DNA from: an uncultured delta proteobacterium | GTDB taxonomy: Bacteria > Desulfobacterota > Desulfobacteria > Desulfobacterales > Desulfatirhabdiaceae | Assembly (NCBI GenBank): GCA_963789395.1 | Contig: CAWBKP010000022.1 | Location: forward strand, 333,455 to 397,454 | Direction: 5' to 3' | DNA length: 64,000 nt | Shown here: one piece after another, positions 9,199-19,649 of the stretch | Numbering within the stretch: position 1 is the stretch's first letter | Layout: each line of letters opens with the position of its first letter | The notes under the pieces: generated by a model | The model's input: the letters and a program-made list of their open reading frames with translations, nothing else | Databases searched by the model: none | What the model was told of the DNA's origin: nothing | Program-made: the position numbers and the translations under genes

Positions 9199-10419
9199 AT
9201 GACGATAGCGCTCGACAATCTGAAAGAATCAAACGAATTCCTGAATCTGGTTCTGGAAAACATCAATTCCGCAATTCTCATTGCGGACGAGAATATGCAG
9301 ATTCACCAATTCAACAAAAGCTTTCTCAGTCTGTTCGATCGTGCCGCGGATCGGCTTTTCGAAAGTTCTTTCGGTCAGTTATCCGGATGCGTGAATGCGG
9401 TGAAGGAAAACAAATCCTGTGGCGGCACATCCAAATGCCGGTTCTGCGTGTTGAGAAAAACACTGCTTCAGACCCTGGTTGAGGATTACCCTGTGGATCG
9501 CAAGTCCATGGAGAGCGTTTTCTACATCAAAGGCAGCCCGGTTTTGAAAAATCTGGAGGTGACGTCACGGCTCATCCAGTTTCGTGGGCAGAAAATGATC
9601 CTGGTGATCATCTACGATGTCTCGCAGATCGAGGAGCAGAAAAGAAAGCTTGAAAAACAGCAGCAGCAGATCAACCATGAACTTGAAACAGCCGGGGAGA
9701 TCCAGAAAAGCCTTCTTCCGGACAGCGATCTGGAAATAGACAACATCGTGACTGCCTGGAGATTTGAACCCTGCGGCCATATCGGCGGCGATATTTTTCA
9801 AGTCCATAGAATCAGTGAAGAACAAATAGGCATCTACATGCTGGACGTCTGCGGGCACGGCGTGTCGGCGGCCCTTATCGCGGTTACGGTTTCTCAGTTT
9901 CTGATGAGCCTGCACAACCGCATGCGCCTGACCGGCAAGGTATTCAGCCCCGAGGCCGTCATGAACCGTCTGGACAAGGAGTTCCCGATGGAGCGATTCG
10001 ACTGCTTTTTCTCGATTGTCCATGCGATGCTGAATATTGAAACCGGCCGTTTGGTTTACAGCAATGCCGGACATATGCCGCCGTTGATCTTGAGCGCCGC
10101 GGGTCGTCTGGAACGTCTCGAAAACCATGGCACACCCATCGGCAGCGGATTCGGCGCCGTTTTCGGCCAGGAATACAGGCAGCTGAATGCCGGAGACCGG
10201 CTGCTTCTTTATACGGATGGGTTGATTGAAAATTTCGGGTTGGATGGCGAACGCAAAGGCAAAGACCGGTTTTACGCTTTCCTGGAGAAATCCCACCATC
10301 TGCCGACGAGGGATCTGGTGGACAACGCGTTTGAAACCGCCGACAGGCAAAGAGGCGGATCCATGCCTTCAGACGATATGAGCCTGATCGCCGTGGAATT
10401 TGCAAAAAACAGGGGTTGA
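9199..10419 (+). CDS. PAS-like domain + SpoIIE/PP2C phosphatase (RsbU-like)
   Basis: IQKSLLP, IGGDIF, DVCGHGVSAAL, NAGHMPP, YTDGLIE, DDMSLI. Confidence 0.88.
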   Translation: MTIALDNLKESNEFLNLVLENINSAILIADENMQIHQFNKSFLSLFDRAADRLFESSFGQLSGCVNAVKENKSCGGTSKCRFCVLRKTLLQTLVEDYPVDRKSMESVFYIKGSPVLKNLEVTSRLIQFRGQKMILVIIYDVSQIEEQKRKLEKQQQQINHELETAGEIQKSLLPDSDLEIDNIVTAWRFEPCGHIGGDIFQVHRISEEQIGIYMLDVCGHGVSAALIAVTVSQFLMSLHNRMRLTGKVFSPEAVMNRLDKEFPMERFDCFFSIVHAMLNIETGRLVYSNAGHMPPLILSAAGRLERLENHGTPIGSGFGAVFGQEYRQLNAGDRLLLYTDGLIENFGLDGERKGKDRFYAFLEKSHHLPTRDLVDNAFETADRQRGGSMPSDDMSLIAVEFAKNRG

Positions 10420-10467
10420 ACAAATGAAACGCCAGGAGATTGCCACACTGAATGAAAAGGAAAATGC

Positions 10468-12048
10468 ATGAAGAAAACGGTTTTGTTCGCACTTGTTCTT
10501 TTTCTTGTTGCCGGCAACAGCCTGTTTGCGGCAACGCCCCATGACACCCTGGTCATGGCATCGAAACTGGACGACGTCATGACGCTGGATCCGGCGGAAA
10601 TCTTTGAGTTTACCGGGGCTGAATTTGCAGCCAACATGTATGACCGCCTGATCGGATATGATGTGGAGGACGTGAGCAAAATCTATGGAGTTGTTGCGGA
10701 AAGCTGGGACATTTCCGAAGACGGCAGGACGTATTCCTTCAAGATCGTTGACAGCATGAAATTTGCGTCCGGCAACAAACTGACCGCGGATGATGTTGTG
10801 TTTTCGCTTCAGCGGGTCATCAAACTGAACAAGTCCCCTGCGTTTCTGCTGACGCAGTTCGGATTCACCCCGGCAAACATGAATGAAAAAATCATTAAAA
10901 CAGGAGAGTATTCCCTCAAGGTAATCATCGAGAAACCCTATGCGCCGACGTTTTTCCTGAATTGCCTGACATCGGCGCCGGGTTCCATCGTGGACAAACA
11001 GGAGGTGTTGAAGCATGAGGAAAACGGCGATATGGGATATGGCTGGCTGAAATCCCATTCCGCCGGTTCAGGCCCCTTTGCATTGACGGCATGGAAACCG
11101 TCTGAAATTCTCATCATGGCCGCCAATGAAAATTTCTACGGCAAAAAACCGGCCATGAAGCGCATCATCGTCCGGCACATCTCGGAGTCCGCCACCCAGA
11201 GGCTCCTGCTCGAAAAAGGGGATGTGGACATGGCAAGGAATATCCAGCCGGATGATCTCAAGGGGCTTTCCGAAAATCCCAATATCCGGATCCGCAAAAA
11301 AGCTAAGGGCGCGATCTACTATCTGGGCCTGAACCAGAAAAACCAGTATCTGAAGATCCCCCAGGTCCGGCAGGCCCTGAAATACCTCATCGATTACGCG
11401 GGAATGGAATCCACTATCTTAAACGGCAAGGCCATGGTGCATCAGGCATTCATTCCCAAGGGATTCCTGGGCGCACTGGAAGAAACTCCTTTTTCATTGA
11501 ATGTGGAAAAGGCAAAGGGGCTTCTCAAGGAAGCCGGTCTTGAAAAAGGCTTTTCCGTAACCATGGACACACGAAACACGGAACCCTCAGCATCGATGGC
11601 CCTGGCCATTCAGGCCACATTCGCCCTTGCAGATATCAAGCTGGAAATTATTCCCGGTGAAGGTAAACAAGTCATTACCAAATACCGTGAAAGGGCCCAC
11701 GACATTTTTATCGGCCGCTGGGGGCCGGATTACATGGATCCCCACACCAACGCGGATACTTTTGCCAGTAACCCGGACAATTCGGATGCCGGACTGTCCA
11801 AAACCATGGCCTGGCGAAATGCCTGGGACATTCCCGAAATGACCCGTAAAGTGGATGCGGCGGTTCTGGAAAAAGACAGCAAAAAGAGAGCCCGGATGTA
11901 TCTTGACATTCAAAAGGAGCATCAGAGAAGCGCCCCCTTTGTCTTCATGTTCCAGGAGATCGAAATCCTGGCCGAGAGATCCAATGTGAATGGATTTATT
12001 CTGGGGCCAAGTTTCGACAGCAATTTTTATCGGTTTATCACCAAATAA
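10468..12048 (+). CDS. Peptide/nickel ABC transporter substrate-binding protein (family 5, DppA/DdpA-like)
   Basis: Signal peptide, TLDPA, AESWDISEDG, GSGPF, WGPDYMDP. Confidence 0.9.
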   Translation: MKKTVLFALVLFLVAGNSLFAATPHDTLVMASKLDDVMTLDPAEIFEFTGAEFAANMYDRLIGYDVEDVSKIYGVVAESWDISEDGRTYSFKIVDSMKFASGNKLTADDVVFSLQRVIKLNKSPAFLLTQFGFTPANMNEKIIKTGEYSLKVIIEKPYAPTFFLNCLTSAPGSIVDKQEVLKHEENGDMGYGWLKSHSAGSGPFALTAWKPSEILIMAANENFYGKKPAMKRIIVRHISESATQRLLLEKGDVDMARNIQPDDLKGLSENPNIRIRKKAKGAIYYLGLNQKNQYLKIPQVRQALKYLIDYAGMESTILNGKAMVHQAFIPKGFLGALEETPFSLNVEKAKGLLKEAGLEKGFSVTMDTRNTEPSASMALAIQATFALADIKLEIIPGEGKQVITKYRERAHDIFIGRWGPDYMDPHTNADTFASNPDNSDAGLSKTMAWRNAWDIPEMTRKVDAAVLEKDSKKRARMYLDIQKEHQRSAPFVFMFQEIEILAERSNVNGFILGPSFDSNFYRFITK

Positions 12049-12057
12049 GAGCAGGCA

Positions 12058-12137
12058 GCGCCTGAACGGAATAAACGTACAGACAAAATTCGAAATTCGA
12101 ATATCGAAATCCGAAACAAATTCTAAATTTCGAATGC
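12058..12137 (+). repeat. Dispersed hairpin+heptamer repeat, copy 1
   Basis: GCCTGAACG..CGTACAGAC followed by AAAATTCGAAATTCGAATATCGAAATCCGAAACAAATT. Related copies at 29357, 35109 and 56153. Confidence 0.7.
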
Positions 12138-12204
12138 TATAGATATCTTCCCCGTCTGGCAAAGGGAATAACCCGTTTCCACGGTAAAAATCCTAAATGA
12201 ATCG

Positions 12205-13245
12205 ATGGATAATTTTATTGATCACAGACAGCTCTCAAAAGTCGTGAATCGGGCTGCCGGACTGGTTGCCATGGTCGGCATGACGTTTCTCGGGCTTCTT
12301 CTGGTCACGTTTCTGATCGGCCGGGTTGTACCCATTGATCCGGTTCTGGCTGTGGTGGGGGACAAAGCCTCCGCGGAAGTTTATCAAAGGGTGCGTCTGG
12401 AACTGGGGTTGAATCTGCCGCTTTGGGAGCAGTTTTTTCTTTATATCAAGGCGGTGCTGGCCGGGGATTTCGGCATTTCCGTGCTCACCGCCAGACCCGT
12501 TCTGGAAGATATCGCGCGGGTATTTCCGGCCACCATGGAACTTGCCGTGATCGCGACCTTGATCGGTGTTTTTTCGGGGATTCCTCTGGGGATTTTTTCC
12601 GCTGTAAGACAAGGAAGCCTGCTGGATCACTTCGCCCGGATAACGGGCCTGTTCGGGTATTCCCTGCCGATTTTCTGGCTGGGACTGATGGGGCTCATGG
12701 TGTTTTATGCGCACCTGAGCCTTCTGCCCGGACCCGGCAGGGTGGATGTTTTTTACGAGAACATGGTCGATCCGGTGACCGGATTGCTGCTGATCGACTG
12801 CATCCTTGCCGGGGAGTGGGAGATCTTCCGCAATGCGCTGTCCCACATCATCCTTCCGGCAGCCCTTCTGGGGTATTACAGCATGGCATACCTGAGCCGG
12901 ATGACCCGCTCGTTCATGATCGAGCAGTTGCGCCAGGAATACATTCTGACCGCAAGGGTCAAGGGGATTGCCGAATGGCGGGTCATCTGGGGGCATGCGC
13001 TCGGAAATTGCAGGATTCCGCTGATTACGGTCATCGCCTTGAGCTTTGGCAGCCTTCTTGAAGGCTCCGTTCTGACCGAAACCGTGTTTTCATGGCCCGG
13101 GCTCGGGCGGTATCTGACCAATTCGCTCCTGAATGCCGACATGAACGCTGTGCTCGGCGGCACCCTGGTTGTAGGGTCGATTTTTCTGGGAATCAATCTC
13201 TTCTCCGATTTTCTGTATCAATTTCTGGATCCAAGGGCGAGATAG
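12205..13245 (+). CDS. Peptide ABC transporter permease (DppB-like)
   Basis: GDFGIS, FPATMELA, EAA-like YILTARVKG, ETVFSWPGLG, DPR terminus. Confidence 0.9.
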   Translation: MDNFIDHRQLSKVVNRAAGLVAMVGMTFLGLLLVTFLIGRVVPIDPVLAVVGDKASAEVYQRVRLELGLNLPLWEQFFLYIKAVLAGDFGISVLTARPVLEDIARVFPATMELAVIATLIGVFSGIPLGIFSAVRQGSLLDHFARITGLFGYSLPIFWLGLMGLMVFYAHLSLLPGPGRVDVFYENMVDPVTGLLLIDCILAGEWEIFRNALSHIILPAALLGYYSMAYLSRMTRSFMIEQLRQEYILTARVKGIAEWRVIWGHALGNCRIPLITVIALSFGSLLEGSVLTETVFSWPGLGRYLTNSLLNADMNAVLGGTLVVGSIFLGINLFSDFLYQFLDPRAR

Positions 13246-13264
13246 CGTATCAAAAGCTGCAACC

Positions 13265-14188
13265 ATGACGGACATAACGGATACGGATAAAATCAAATTC
13301 AGAGATTGGCTGCTTTCCGATGCGCCCGGATCGGCCTTTCAGGCACGGGCCGGACGCATCTATTCGGGGTGTCTGGAGTTTTTCAATAACAGACCGGCGG
13401 TTTTAGGGCTATCGATCATTCTAGTCTTGATGCTTGTCGCCATCTTTGCTCCGTTTATTGCGCCTTTTGATCCGATTCTTACCGATCTGGGAAACAGACT
13501 TCAGCCGATGTCCGCGAATCATTTTTTCGGAACCGATGAAGTGGGACGGGATATTTTCAGCCGGATAATTTTTGGATCCAGACTGACCCTGTACGTGGTC
13601 GGGCTGGTTGCCGTTATCGCCCCGCCGGTGGGTCTTGCCATCGGCACGATATCGGGCTATCTGGGAGGGAAAATCGATACGCTCCTGATGCGGATAACCG
13701 ATATTTTTCTGGCGTTTCCCAAACTGATTCTCGCCCTTGCCTTGGTTGCGGCCCTGGGACCCGGCATTGAAAACGCGGTAATCGCCATTGCCGTCACCGC
13801 CTGGCCCGCCTACGCCAGAATCGCCAGGGCGGAAACCCTCACCATCCGCAATTCGGATTTCATTCATGCCGTCAAACTTCAGGGTGCAGGACCCATCCGA
13901 ATCATCACGGGCCATATCATGCCCCTTTGCCTGTCTTCGCTCGTAGTCCGGGTGACGCTGGACATGGCGGGCATTATCCTGACCGCCGCGGGCCTCGGGT
14001 TTCTGGGCCTGGGCGCCCAGCCGCCGTCGCCGGAATGGGGCGCCATGACATCCAGCGGCCGCGCCTATATTCTGGATTACTGGTGGCTGATCACCATGCC
14101 GGGCACTGCGATATTTATCGTCAGCCTGGCTTTCAACCTGCTGGGAGACGGATTGCGGGAAGTTCTGGATCCCAGAAAAGTGAATTGA
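13265..14188 (+). CDS. Peptide ABC transporter permease (DppC-like)
   Basis: FGTDEVGRDIFSR, GLGFLGLGAQPPSPEWG, GDGLREVLDPR. Confidence 0.9.
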   Translation: MTDITDTDKIKFRDWLLSDAPGSAFQARAGRIYSGCLEFFNNRPAVLGLSIILVLMLVAIFAPFIAPFDPILTDLGNRLQPMSANHFFGTDEVGRDIFSRIIFGSRLTLYVVGLVAVIAPPVGLAIGTISGYLGGKIDTLLMRITDIFLAFPKLILALALVAALGPGIENAVIAIAVTAWPAYARIARAETLTIRNSDFIHAVKLQGAGPIRIITGHIMPLCLSSLVVRVTLDMAGIILTAAGLGFLGLGAQPPSPEWGAMTSSGRAYILDYWWLITMPGTAIFIVSLAFNLLGDGLREVLDPRKVN

Positions 14189-14190
14189 CC

Positions 14191-15045
14191 ATGGGTGCCG
14201 ACCCGCTTCTTCACATCAAAAACCTGAACATCGTCTTTCCTGGCACCAAAGGGGAGTTTCATGCAGTCAAGGAGCTTTCCTTTTGCATGGGAAAAGAAAA
14301 GATCGGTATTGTCGGGGAATCCGGGTCCGGAAAGACGGTGACGGGCAGGGCCATCTTAAAACTCCTGCCCGCATCTGCAAAAATCGCTGCAGATGCCATG
14401 AATTTCAACGGGCAGGACATTTTAAGCAACAGCGAAAAAGAGATGCGGGGGATCCGGGGAAGGGGAATCGCCATGGTCATGCAGGATCCCCGGTATTCCC
14501 TGAACCCGGTCCGGACCGTGGGCAGGCAGATCACTGAATCGTATCTGACGCACAGAAACGTATCCAAAAAAGAAGCCGTGCGGCGCACACTGGAAATGCT
14601 GGAGGCTGTCCGGATCAGAAACCCTGAACGGGTGTACGGTCTCTATCCCCATGAAGTTTCAGGCGGCATGGGCCAGCGGATCATGATCGCGATGATGCTG
14701 ATCCCGGAGCCCGCCCTGCTGATTGCGGATGAACCCACATCGGCGCTGGATGTGACCGTACAGCTCCAGGTTCTGGCGATCCTGGATGACCTGGTGACCC
14801 GGCGGGGCATGGGGCTGATTTTTATCAGCCATGATCTGGAGCTGGTATCTTCTTTTTGCGACCGGGTGATCATCATGTATGCCGGAAGGATCATGGAGAT
14901 CTGCGATGCAAAGGATCTTCATCACTCCCGGCATCCCTATACCCGTGGATTGTTGAACTGCCTGCCGAAAATCGCCGGCAACCCGGAACTGCTGCCGACA
15001 CTGAAACGGGATGATTCCTGGCTGAAGGCGTCTTTGTCATGCTGA
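14191..15045 (+). CDS. Peptide ABC transporter ATP-binding protein (DppD-like)
   Basis: [34 protein letters not shown]. Real start MGADPLL at 14191. Confidence 0.9.
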   Translation: MGADPLLHIKNLNIVFPGTKGEFHAVKELSFCMGKEKIGIVGESGSGKTVTGRAILKLLPASAKIAADAMNFNGQDILSNSEKEMRGIRGRGIAMVMQDPRYSLNPVRTVGRQITESYLTHRNVSKKEAVRRTLEMLEAVRIRNPERVYGLYPHEVSGGMGQRIMIAMMLIPEPALLIADEPTSALDVTVQLQVLAILDDLVTRRGMGLIFISHDLELVSSFCDRVIIMYAGRIMEICDAKDLHHSRHPYTRGLLNCLPKIAGNPELLPTLKRDDSWLKASLSC

Positions 15046-15064
15046 AAAATCACCGGAAAATTCC

Positions 15065-15812
15065 ATGCTGAAACTATCCAATCTCAACGTGGTGTTTGGA
15101 ACCGGTGGTGCCCGAAACCACGCAGTCAAAGATGTTTCCCTTGAAATTGAAAAAGGGAAAAGCTTCGGGCTTATCGGTGAATCCGGGTGCGGAAAATCAA
15201 CTGTCCTGAACTGCATCACCGGGCTTCTGGGATCCTGGACCGGCGAGATGCGGATCGATGGCAGGTCGCAGCAGATCAGGCGGGAGTTGTCTTTTTACAG
15301 AAAACTTCAGATGGTATTCCAGGATCCGTATCGGATCGCTGCATCCCAGGCATACCATCGACCGGACATTAACGGAGCCGGTGGCCATTCACGGACTGGG
15401 CGATGCCGGCCAGCGCGTTGAAAAAGTTCTGGATGAGGTGGGCCTGGACAACCGTTTCCGGTTCAGATATCCCCACCAGCTCTCCGGGGGCCAGCGGCAA
15501 CGGGTCGCCATTGCCAGGGCCCTTATACTTGAACCTGAAATCCTCCTGCTGGATGAACCCACATCGGCCCTGGATGTTTCCATTCAGGCTGAAATTCTGA
15601 ATCTGCTCAAGAATATCCAGAAAAAACGGACCCTGACCTATCTTCTGGTGAGCCACAATCTGGCGGTGGTTTCCCATATGTGCAGCGAAATTGCGGTCAT
15701 GAATCAGGGCGCCATTGTTGAATATCTTACCCGGAAACAGCTCAGGGAAGGGGATATCCGGCACCCTTACACCCAGGAACTGATGGCGGCAAGCCGGGGA
15801 TTCAGCCGGTGA
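15065..15812 (+). CDS. Peptide ABC transporter ATP-binding protein (DppF-like), one extra base near 15332
   Basis: [15 protein letters not shown] in one frame continues as [23 protein letters not shown] in the next frame. Confidence 0.85.
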
Positions 15813-16326
15813 TAGTTGCCGGTGGAACAATCAGCACGGGAATCTTGGTTTGATTCAGAATGCCTTTTATAACGCCACCGACCGCTGTTTTGCTCAATAA
15901 GCCTTTATGCGAACCCATCACGATGAGATCGCAATTGTTTTCTGCAGCCACGGCAAGGATCACATCGATGACATTGCCCTCCTTTACCAGGATGTCATTA
16001 TTTTCAAAGGTAATTTCGGCAGCCGTGTTGTTCGTGAAAACGGAATAGCTTGCCAGTGCGTTTCGAATGACATCAAAGGACTTTCTCTTGCCGATGATCG
16101 CATCTCTTGCCGAAAGCTTATGTTCTTCCTGCATCTGCTGCCATCTTTCTTCGCCGAACAGATTCGCGACGTGCTTATTGACACTGCTGGTGGATCCTTC
16201 CATGACATGGAGCATGATGATGCCGGCTCGATGCAGGGTTGCCACAGCGGCCGCATAGGTGAATGCATGCTTGGAGTCCTGGCTGAGGTCAGTGGTAAAG
16301 AGAATTTTCTTGATGATGGGAATCAT
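15802..16326 (-). CDS. Universal stress protein (UspA family)
   Basis: KKILFTTDLS, DLIVMGSH, GILNQTKIPVLIVP. Confidence 0.9.
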   Translation of the reverse strand: MIPIIKKILFTTDLSQDSKHAFTYAAAVATLHRAGIIMLHVMEGSTSSVNKHVANLFGEERWQQMQEEHKLSARDAIIGKRKSFDVIRNALASYSVFTNNTAAEITFENNDILVKEGNVIDVILAVAAENNCDLIVMGSHKGLLSKTAVGGVIKGILNQTKIPVLIVPPATITG

Positions 16327-16737
16327 GGGGATACTCCTTTATCTGATATCTGAAAGTTTATAAGTTGAGCTTCCAACTTTTAGGGCAACAGGCACAATTC
16401 GTAAATGAGGTTAACTTATTTTAAATCATATATGAATTAATTTGAAGAGCCCGATCTTTTGACAGGTAGTGAATTTTTGAAATAACACAACAATATCAAA
16501 AGGAAATGGCTCGAACGATTCATAGCAGTATCGATCCCCAAACACAAGCAGACATTTGCTTCCCAGGTAAAATCAACGTTATGTATCAACCGATTCAACG
16601 GTGCTTCTACGGTTACAGCGGGCGTCGGATGGATCTGATGATGGCTGTCTGCCGGAATTTAAAGAAGTGTTGCGGTCGCGCCAGCATCCAGGCCGGCACG
16701 ATCGTAACCCCGAAAGCAGGCTTAAGTTCCATTCAGG

Positions 16738-18030
16738 TTATGCCGGTCCCAGAAGCAGGTTGGGGACGACTGTGGACAACCACGGGACAAAGGCCAGGAT
16801 GAACAGGGCCACGATGTAGATGATCAAAGAAGGGTAAATGGCTCTGACAATCGTGACGAATTCAAGCCGGGTGATGGCCTGGGCCGTGTAAAGAAGGAGC
16901 CCCAGCGGCGGCGTGATGTACCCGATGCCGAGTCCCACGGTGAAAAGAAGGCAGTAGTGGATGGGGTCGATGCCCAGATGATGGGCGATGGGCATCATGA
17001 TGGGAACCAGAATCATGATGGCTCCGATCTGGTCCATGAAGGTTCCGATGATCAGCAGCACCACGCAGGTAAAGACCAGAAACACCCAGGCATTGGGAAT
17101 ATAGGCCATGGAGAGCTCCAGAATCTTCTGAGGAATCTCCCGGAGAATGATATACTCGGAAATGACGCCAGCGCCGGAAACGGTGATGACCAGGGCCCCG
17201 CTGACGATGCCCGATGAAATCAACAGCTCTTTAAGATCCTTCAGGCTCACCGCCCGATAGATGAGCATCTCCACAATCAGGATCAGAACACAGGAGACCA
17301 CCGATGCCTCGGTGATGGTAAACGCTCCCGAATAGATACCGCCGAAAAGTACAGCGATGATAACCACCGCAAAAAATGCATTTTTGCCTGCGGTGAGAAG
17401 CCCTTTGAGATCAAATCGCTCAAGGGCCTCCTTGCCCAGGCCTTTGCGGCGGGATTCCCAGTAAGCGTAAAGAGAAAGCATGACCATGATGATCATGCCC
17501 GGCAGATATCCGGCGGCGAAAAGCCGCACCACGGATTCGCCGGCCGTAAGGGCACAGACGATCATGATGATGCTGGGGGGAATGATAATTCCCAGGATGG
17601 ACGCCGCAGTGACGAGCCCCACCGAGAAGTCCTTGGGATATCGGTACTTGTCCATATGGGGGAACATGACGCCGCCGATGGTGACTACGGTGGAGATGGC
17701 CGAACCGCTGATGGCGCCGAAAACCCCTGATGAAATGACGGCTGTAATGCCCAATCCGCCGGGCAGCCAGGAGACGAATTTCCAGGCAAACTGCACCAGT
17801 CGCGTGGCGGACTGCCCCCGTACCATGACCGCACCCATCAGAATGAAAAAGGGAATGCTGAGCAGCGAGAAATTGTCCAGCTTTTGCAGCATGGTCTGCG
17901 CCACGAAGGTCATATCCATGCTGGTAAAAATCAACAGCCCCAGCACCCCGGTCAGATAGAGGCAGATATAAATGGGGATACGGAGCAGCAGCAACCCGAA
18001 CAGGATAAGCAGGATAATGATGGATTCCAT
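16738..18030 (-). CDS. dctM: TRAP transporter large permease (DctM)
   Basis: LLSIPFFIL, FGAISGS, IIIPPSI, GIDPIH, ITPPLG. Confidence 0.92.
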   Translation of the reverse strand: MESIIILLILFGLLLLRIPIYICLYLTGVLGLLIFTSMDMTFVAQTMLQKLDNFSLLSIPFFILMGAVMVRGQSATRLVQFAWKFVSWLPGGLGITAVISSGVFGAISGSAISTVVTIGGVMFPHMDKYRYPKDFSVGLVTAASILGIIIPPSIIMIVCALTAGESVVRLFAAGYLPGMIIMVMLSLYAYWESRRKGLGKEALERFDLKGLLTAGKNAFFAVVIIAVLFGGIYSGAFTITEASVVSCVLILIVEMLIYRAVSLKDLKELLISSGIVSGALVITVSGAGVISEYIILREIPQKILELSMAYIPNAWVFLVFTCVVLLIIGTFMDQIGAIMILVPIMMPIAHHLGIDPIHYCLLFTVGLGIGYITPPLGLLLYTAQAITRLEFVTIVRAIYPSLIIYIVALFILAFVPWLSTVVPNLLLGPA

Positions 18031-18033
18031 GAC

Positions 18034-18516
18034 CTATTGACCTTTCAGACGGGATTCAAGTATCAGTTGGCGAAGACCTTCCACAGAGCGGATCCCCATG
18101 ATGAGCCCGAAAAAGGGGAGCATGGACGCGATAAGGTACGTTGGAATGAGAAGAATCGGGGTGACGGTTGCCATATCCTTCTCGATCAATACGAATTTCC
18201 AGCCCAAATAGACAAATGAGACGCACACCCCCAGCCGGACGAGGTGCAGCAGAACATCCAGATGGAACCGCCACTGGGGGAAGACTCCGTAAATGGCGTC
18301 CACCTTTAGTTCCATGTTGTTTTTGACCGAGGCGCTGGCCCCCAGAAAGGTCATGAACATAAACAGATAGGTGGTCAGCGTATCCGGCCACGTCAACGGC
18401 CGCTGAAACACATAGCGGGTGGTGATGCTGATGGTCAGCGCAATAAGGCTGATGGAGAAGCTGATCAGAATGCCCCAACGTTCCAGGTAATCCACAATGG
18501 TGATAATCGTTTTCAT
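18034..18516 (-). CDS. dctQ: TRAP transporter small permease (DctQ)
   Basis: Four hydrophobic segments, TRYVFQRPLTW; lies between dctP and dctM. Confidence 0.88.
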   Translation of the reverse strand: MKTIITIVDYLERWGILISFSISLIALTISITTRYVFQRPLTWPDTLTTYLFMFMTFLGASASVKNNMELKVDAIYGVFPQWRFHLDVLLHLVRLGVCVSFVYLGWKFVLIEKDMATVTPILLIPTYLIASMLPFFGLIMGIRSVEGLRQLILESRLKGQ

Positions 18517-18573
18517 GACAGGCTCCCGGCGCCGTCCGCGGAACGCGGGCGGCGCTGTTATATGGTGGGGTGT

Positions 18574-19572
18574 CTATTTTTTTTCCACCGTTGCTGTAAA
18601 AGCCTTGATTTTATCCAACCAACTTTTGCCGATCTCAGGTTCAAACTTATCCCACACGGTCATCTCCCGGGCTTTGAACTTGGCCATTTCCTCCGGGGAA
18701 AGATCGCTGACGGTAACGCCTTTTTCCTTCAATGCGGCATCGGCCTCACCGGTCAGTTTCATGCTGGCCTCACGGGCCTTTGCCAGGTTTTCGGATATCA
18801 CCTTGGACAGCGCCTCCCGGGTGTCCGGAGCAAGGTCGTTCCACCATTTTTCATTGACCATGAAGTAGAACAGACCCACCATGTGCCGGGTGTGGGTAAA
18901 GTATTTGCAGACATCCGCCAGGCGCATGCGGGCCACGTTTTCGGTCTGATCCGTGCCGTCCACCACGCCCTGCTTGAGCGCCGGAAACACGTCGCCCCAT
19001 GCCATGGGAAGGGGGTTCATGTCCAGAGCGTTCCAGAAGGCAAGAGGATAGCGGGCCTGGGTTGTACGCATTTTCATGGTTCTCAGCTCATCCAGTGTGC
19101 TGAACGGCTTGGTGCTGGCAATGCCGTAAATGCCGAAATAGGCCATGTCCAGCACCAGTATGCCTTTATCATGAAGGCTGGTGAACAGCTCCTTGCGAAG
19201 GTCCGGATTCTTCAAGAACCCTTCCCATTTGGCGTAGGAGTCCATACAGAAGGCAAGGGTTCCGATCCCGAACTTGGGATCAAGTTCGGGAGCATAATTG
19301 CCGGTGCAATAGGCGCCCTGAAGCGCTCCCATGCGCACTTTTTTGACGATTTCGATCTCGTTGCCCATCTGCCCGGAGTGAAAATACTTGGCGGTGACCT
19401 TGCTGCCGAGTTTCTCGTTCACGTCTTTTTCAATCCATTGTCCTGATTCGGGGCCGGGTTCGATGGGATTGATGAAGTGGGCAAATTTGAAATCCACGGG
19501 TTCCGCATGGACCGTGGCGATTCCCAGACAACACACCATGGCAAAAAGAAAAACCGATATTGTTCGCTTCAT
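18574..19572 (-). CDS. dctP: TRAP transporter substrate-binding protein (DctP)
   Basis: Signal peptide, GQMGNE, MKMR, PMAWGDVFPALKQGVVDG. Confidence 0.9.
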   Translation of the reverse strand: MKRTISVFLFAMVCCLGIATVHAEPVDFKFAHFINPIEPGPESGQWIEKDVNEKLGSKVTAKYFHSGQMGNEIEIVKKVRMGALQGAYCTGNYAPELDPKFGIGTLAFCMDSYAKWEGFLKNPDLRKELFTSLHDKGILVLDMAYFGIYGIASTKPFSTLDELRTMKMRTTQARYPLAFWNALDMNPLPMAWGDVFPALKQGVVDGTDQTENVARMRLADVCKYFTHTRHMVGLFYFMVNEKWWNDLAPDTREALSKVISENLAKAREASMKLTGEADAALKEKGVTVSDLSPEEMAKFKAREMTVWDKFEPEIGKSWLDKIKAFTATVEKK

Positions 19573-19649
19573 GACATTTCCTTTCATTGTGGCCCGGGCG
19601 CGGCGGGTGGCGACGGCAACGGGCAGGTAAGTGATTCGAAAACCGTTAT

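Noticed and set aside
12058..12137. Heptamer runs and hairpins as a CRISPR array
   Set aside because: No regularly spaced repeat-spacer structure and no cas genes.
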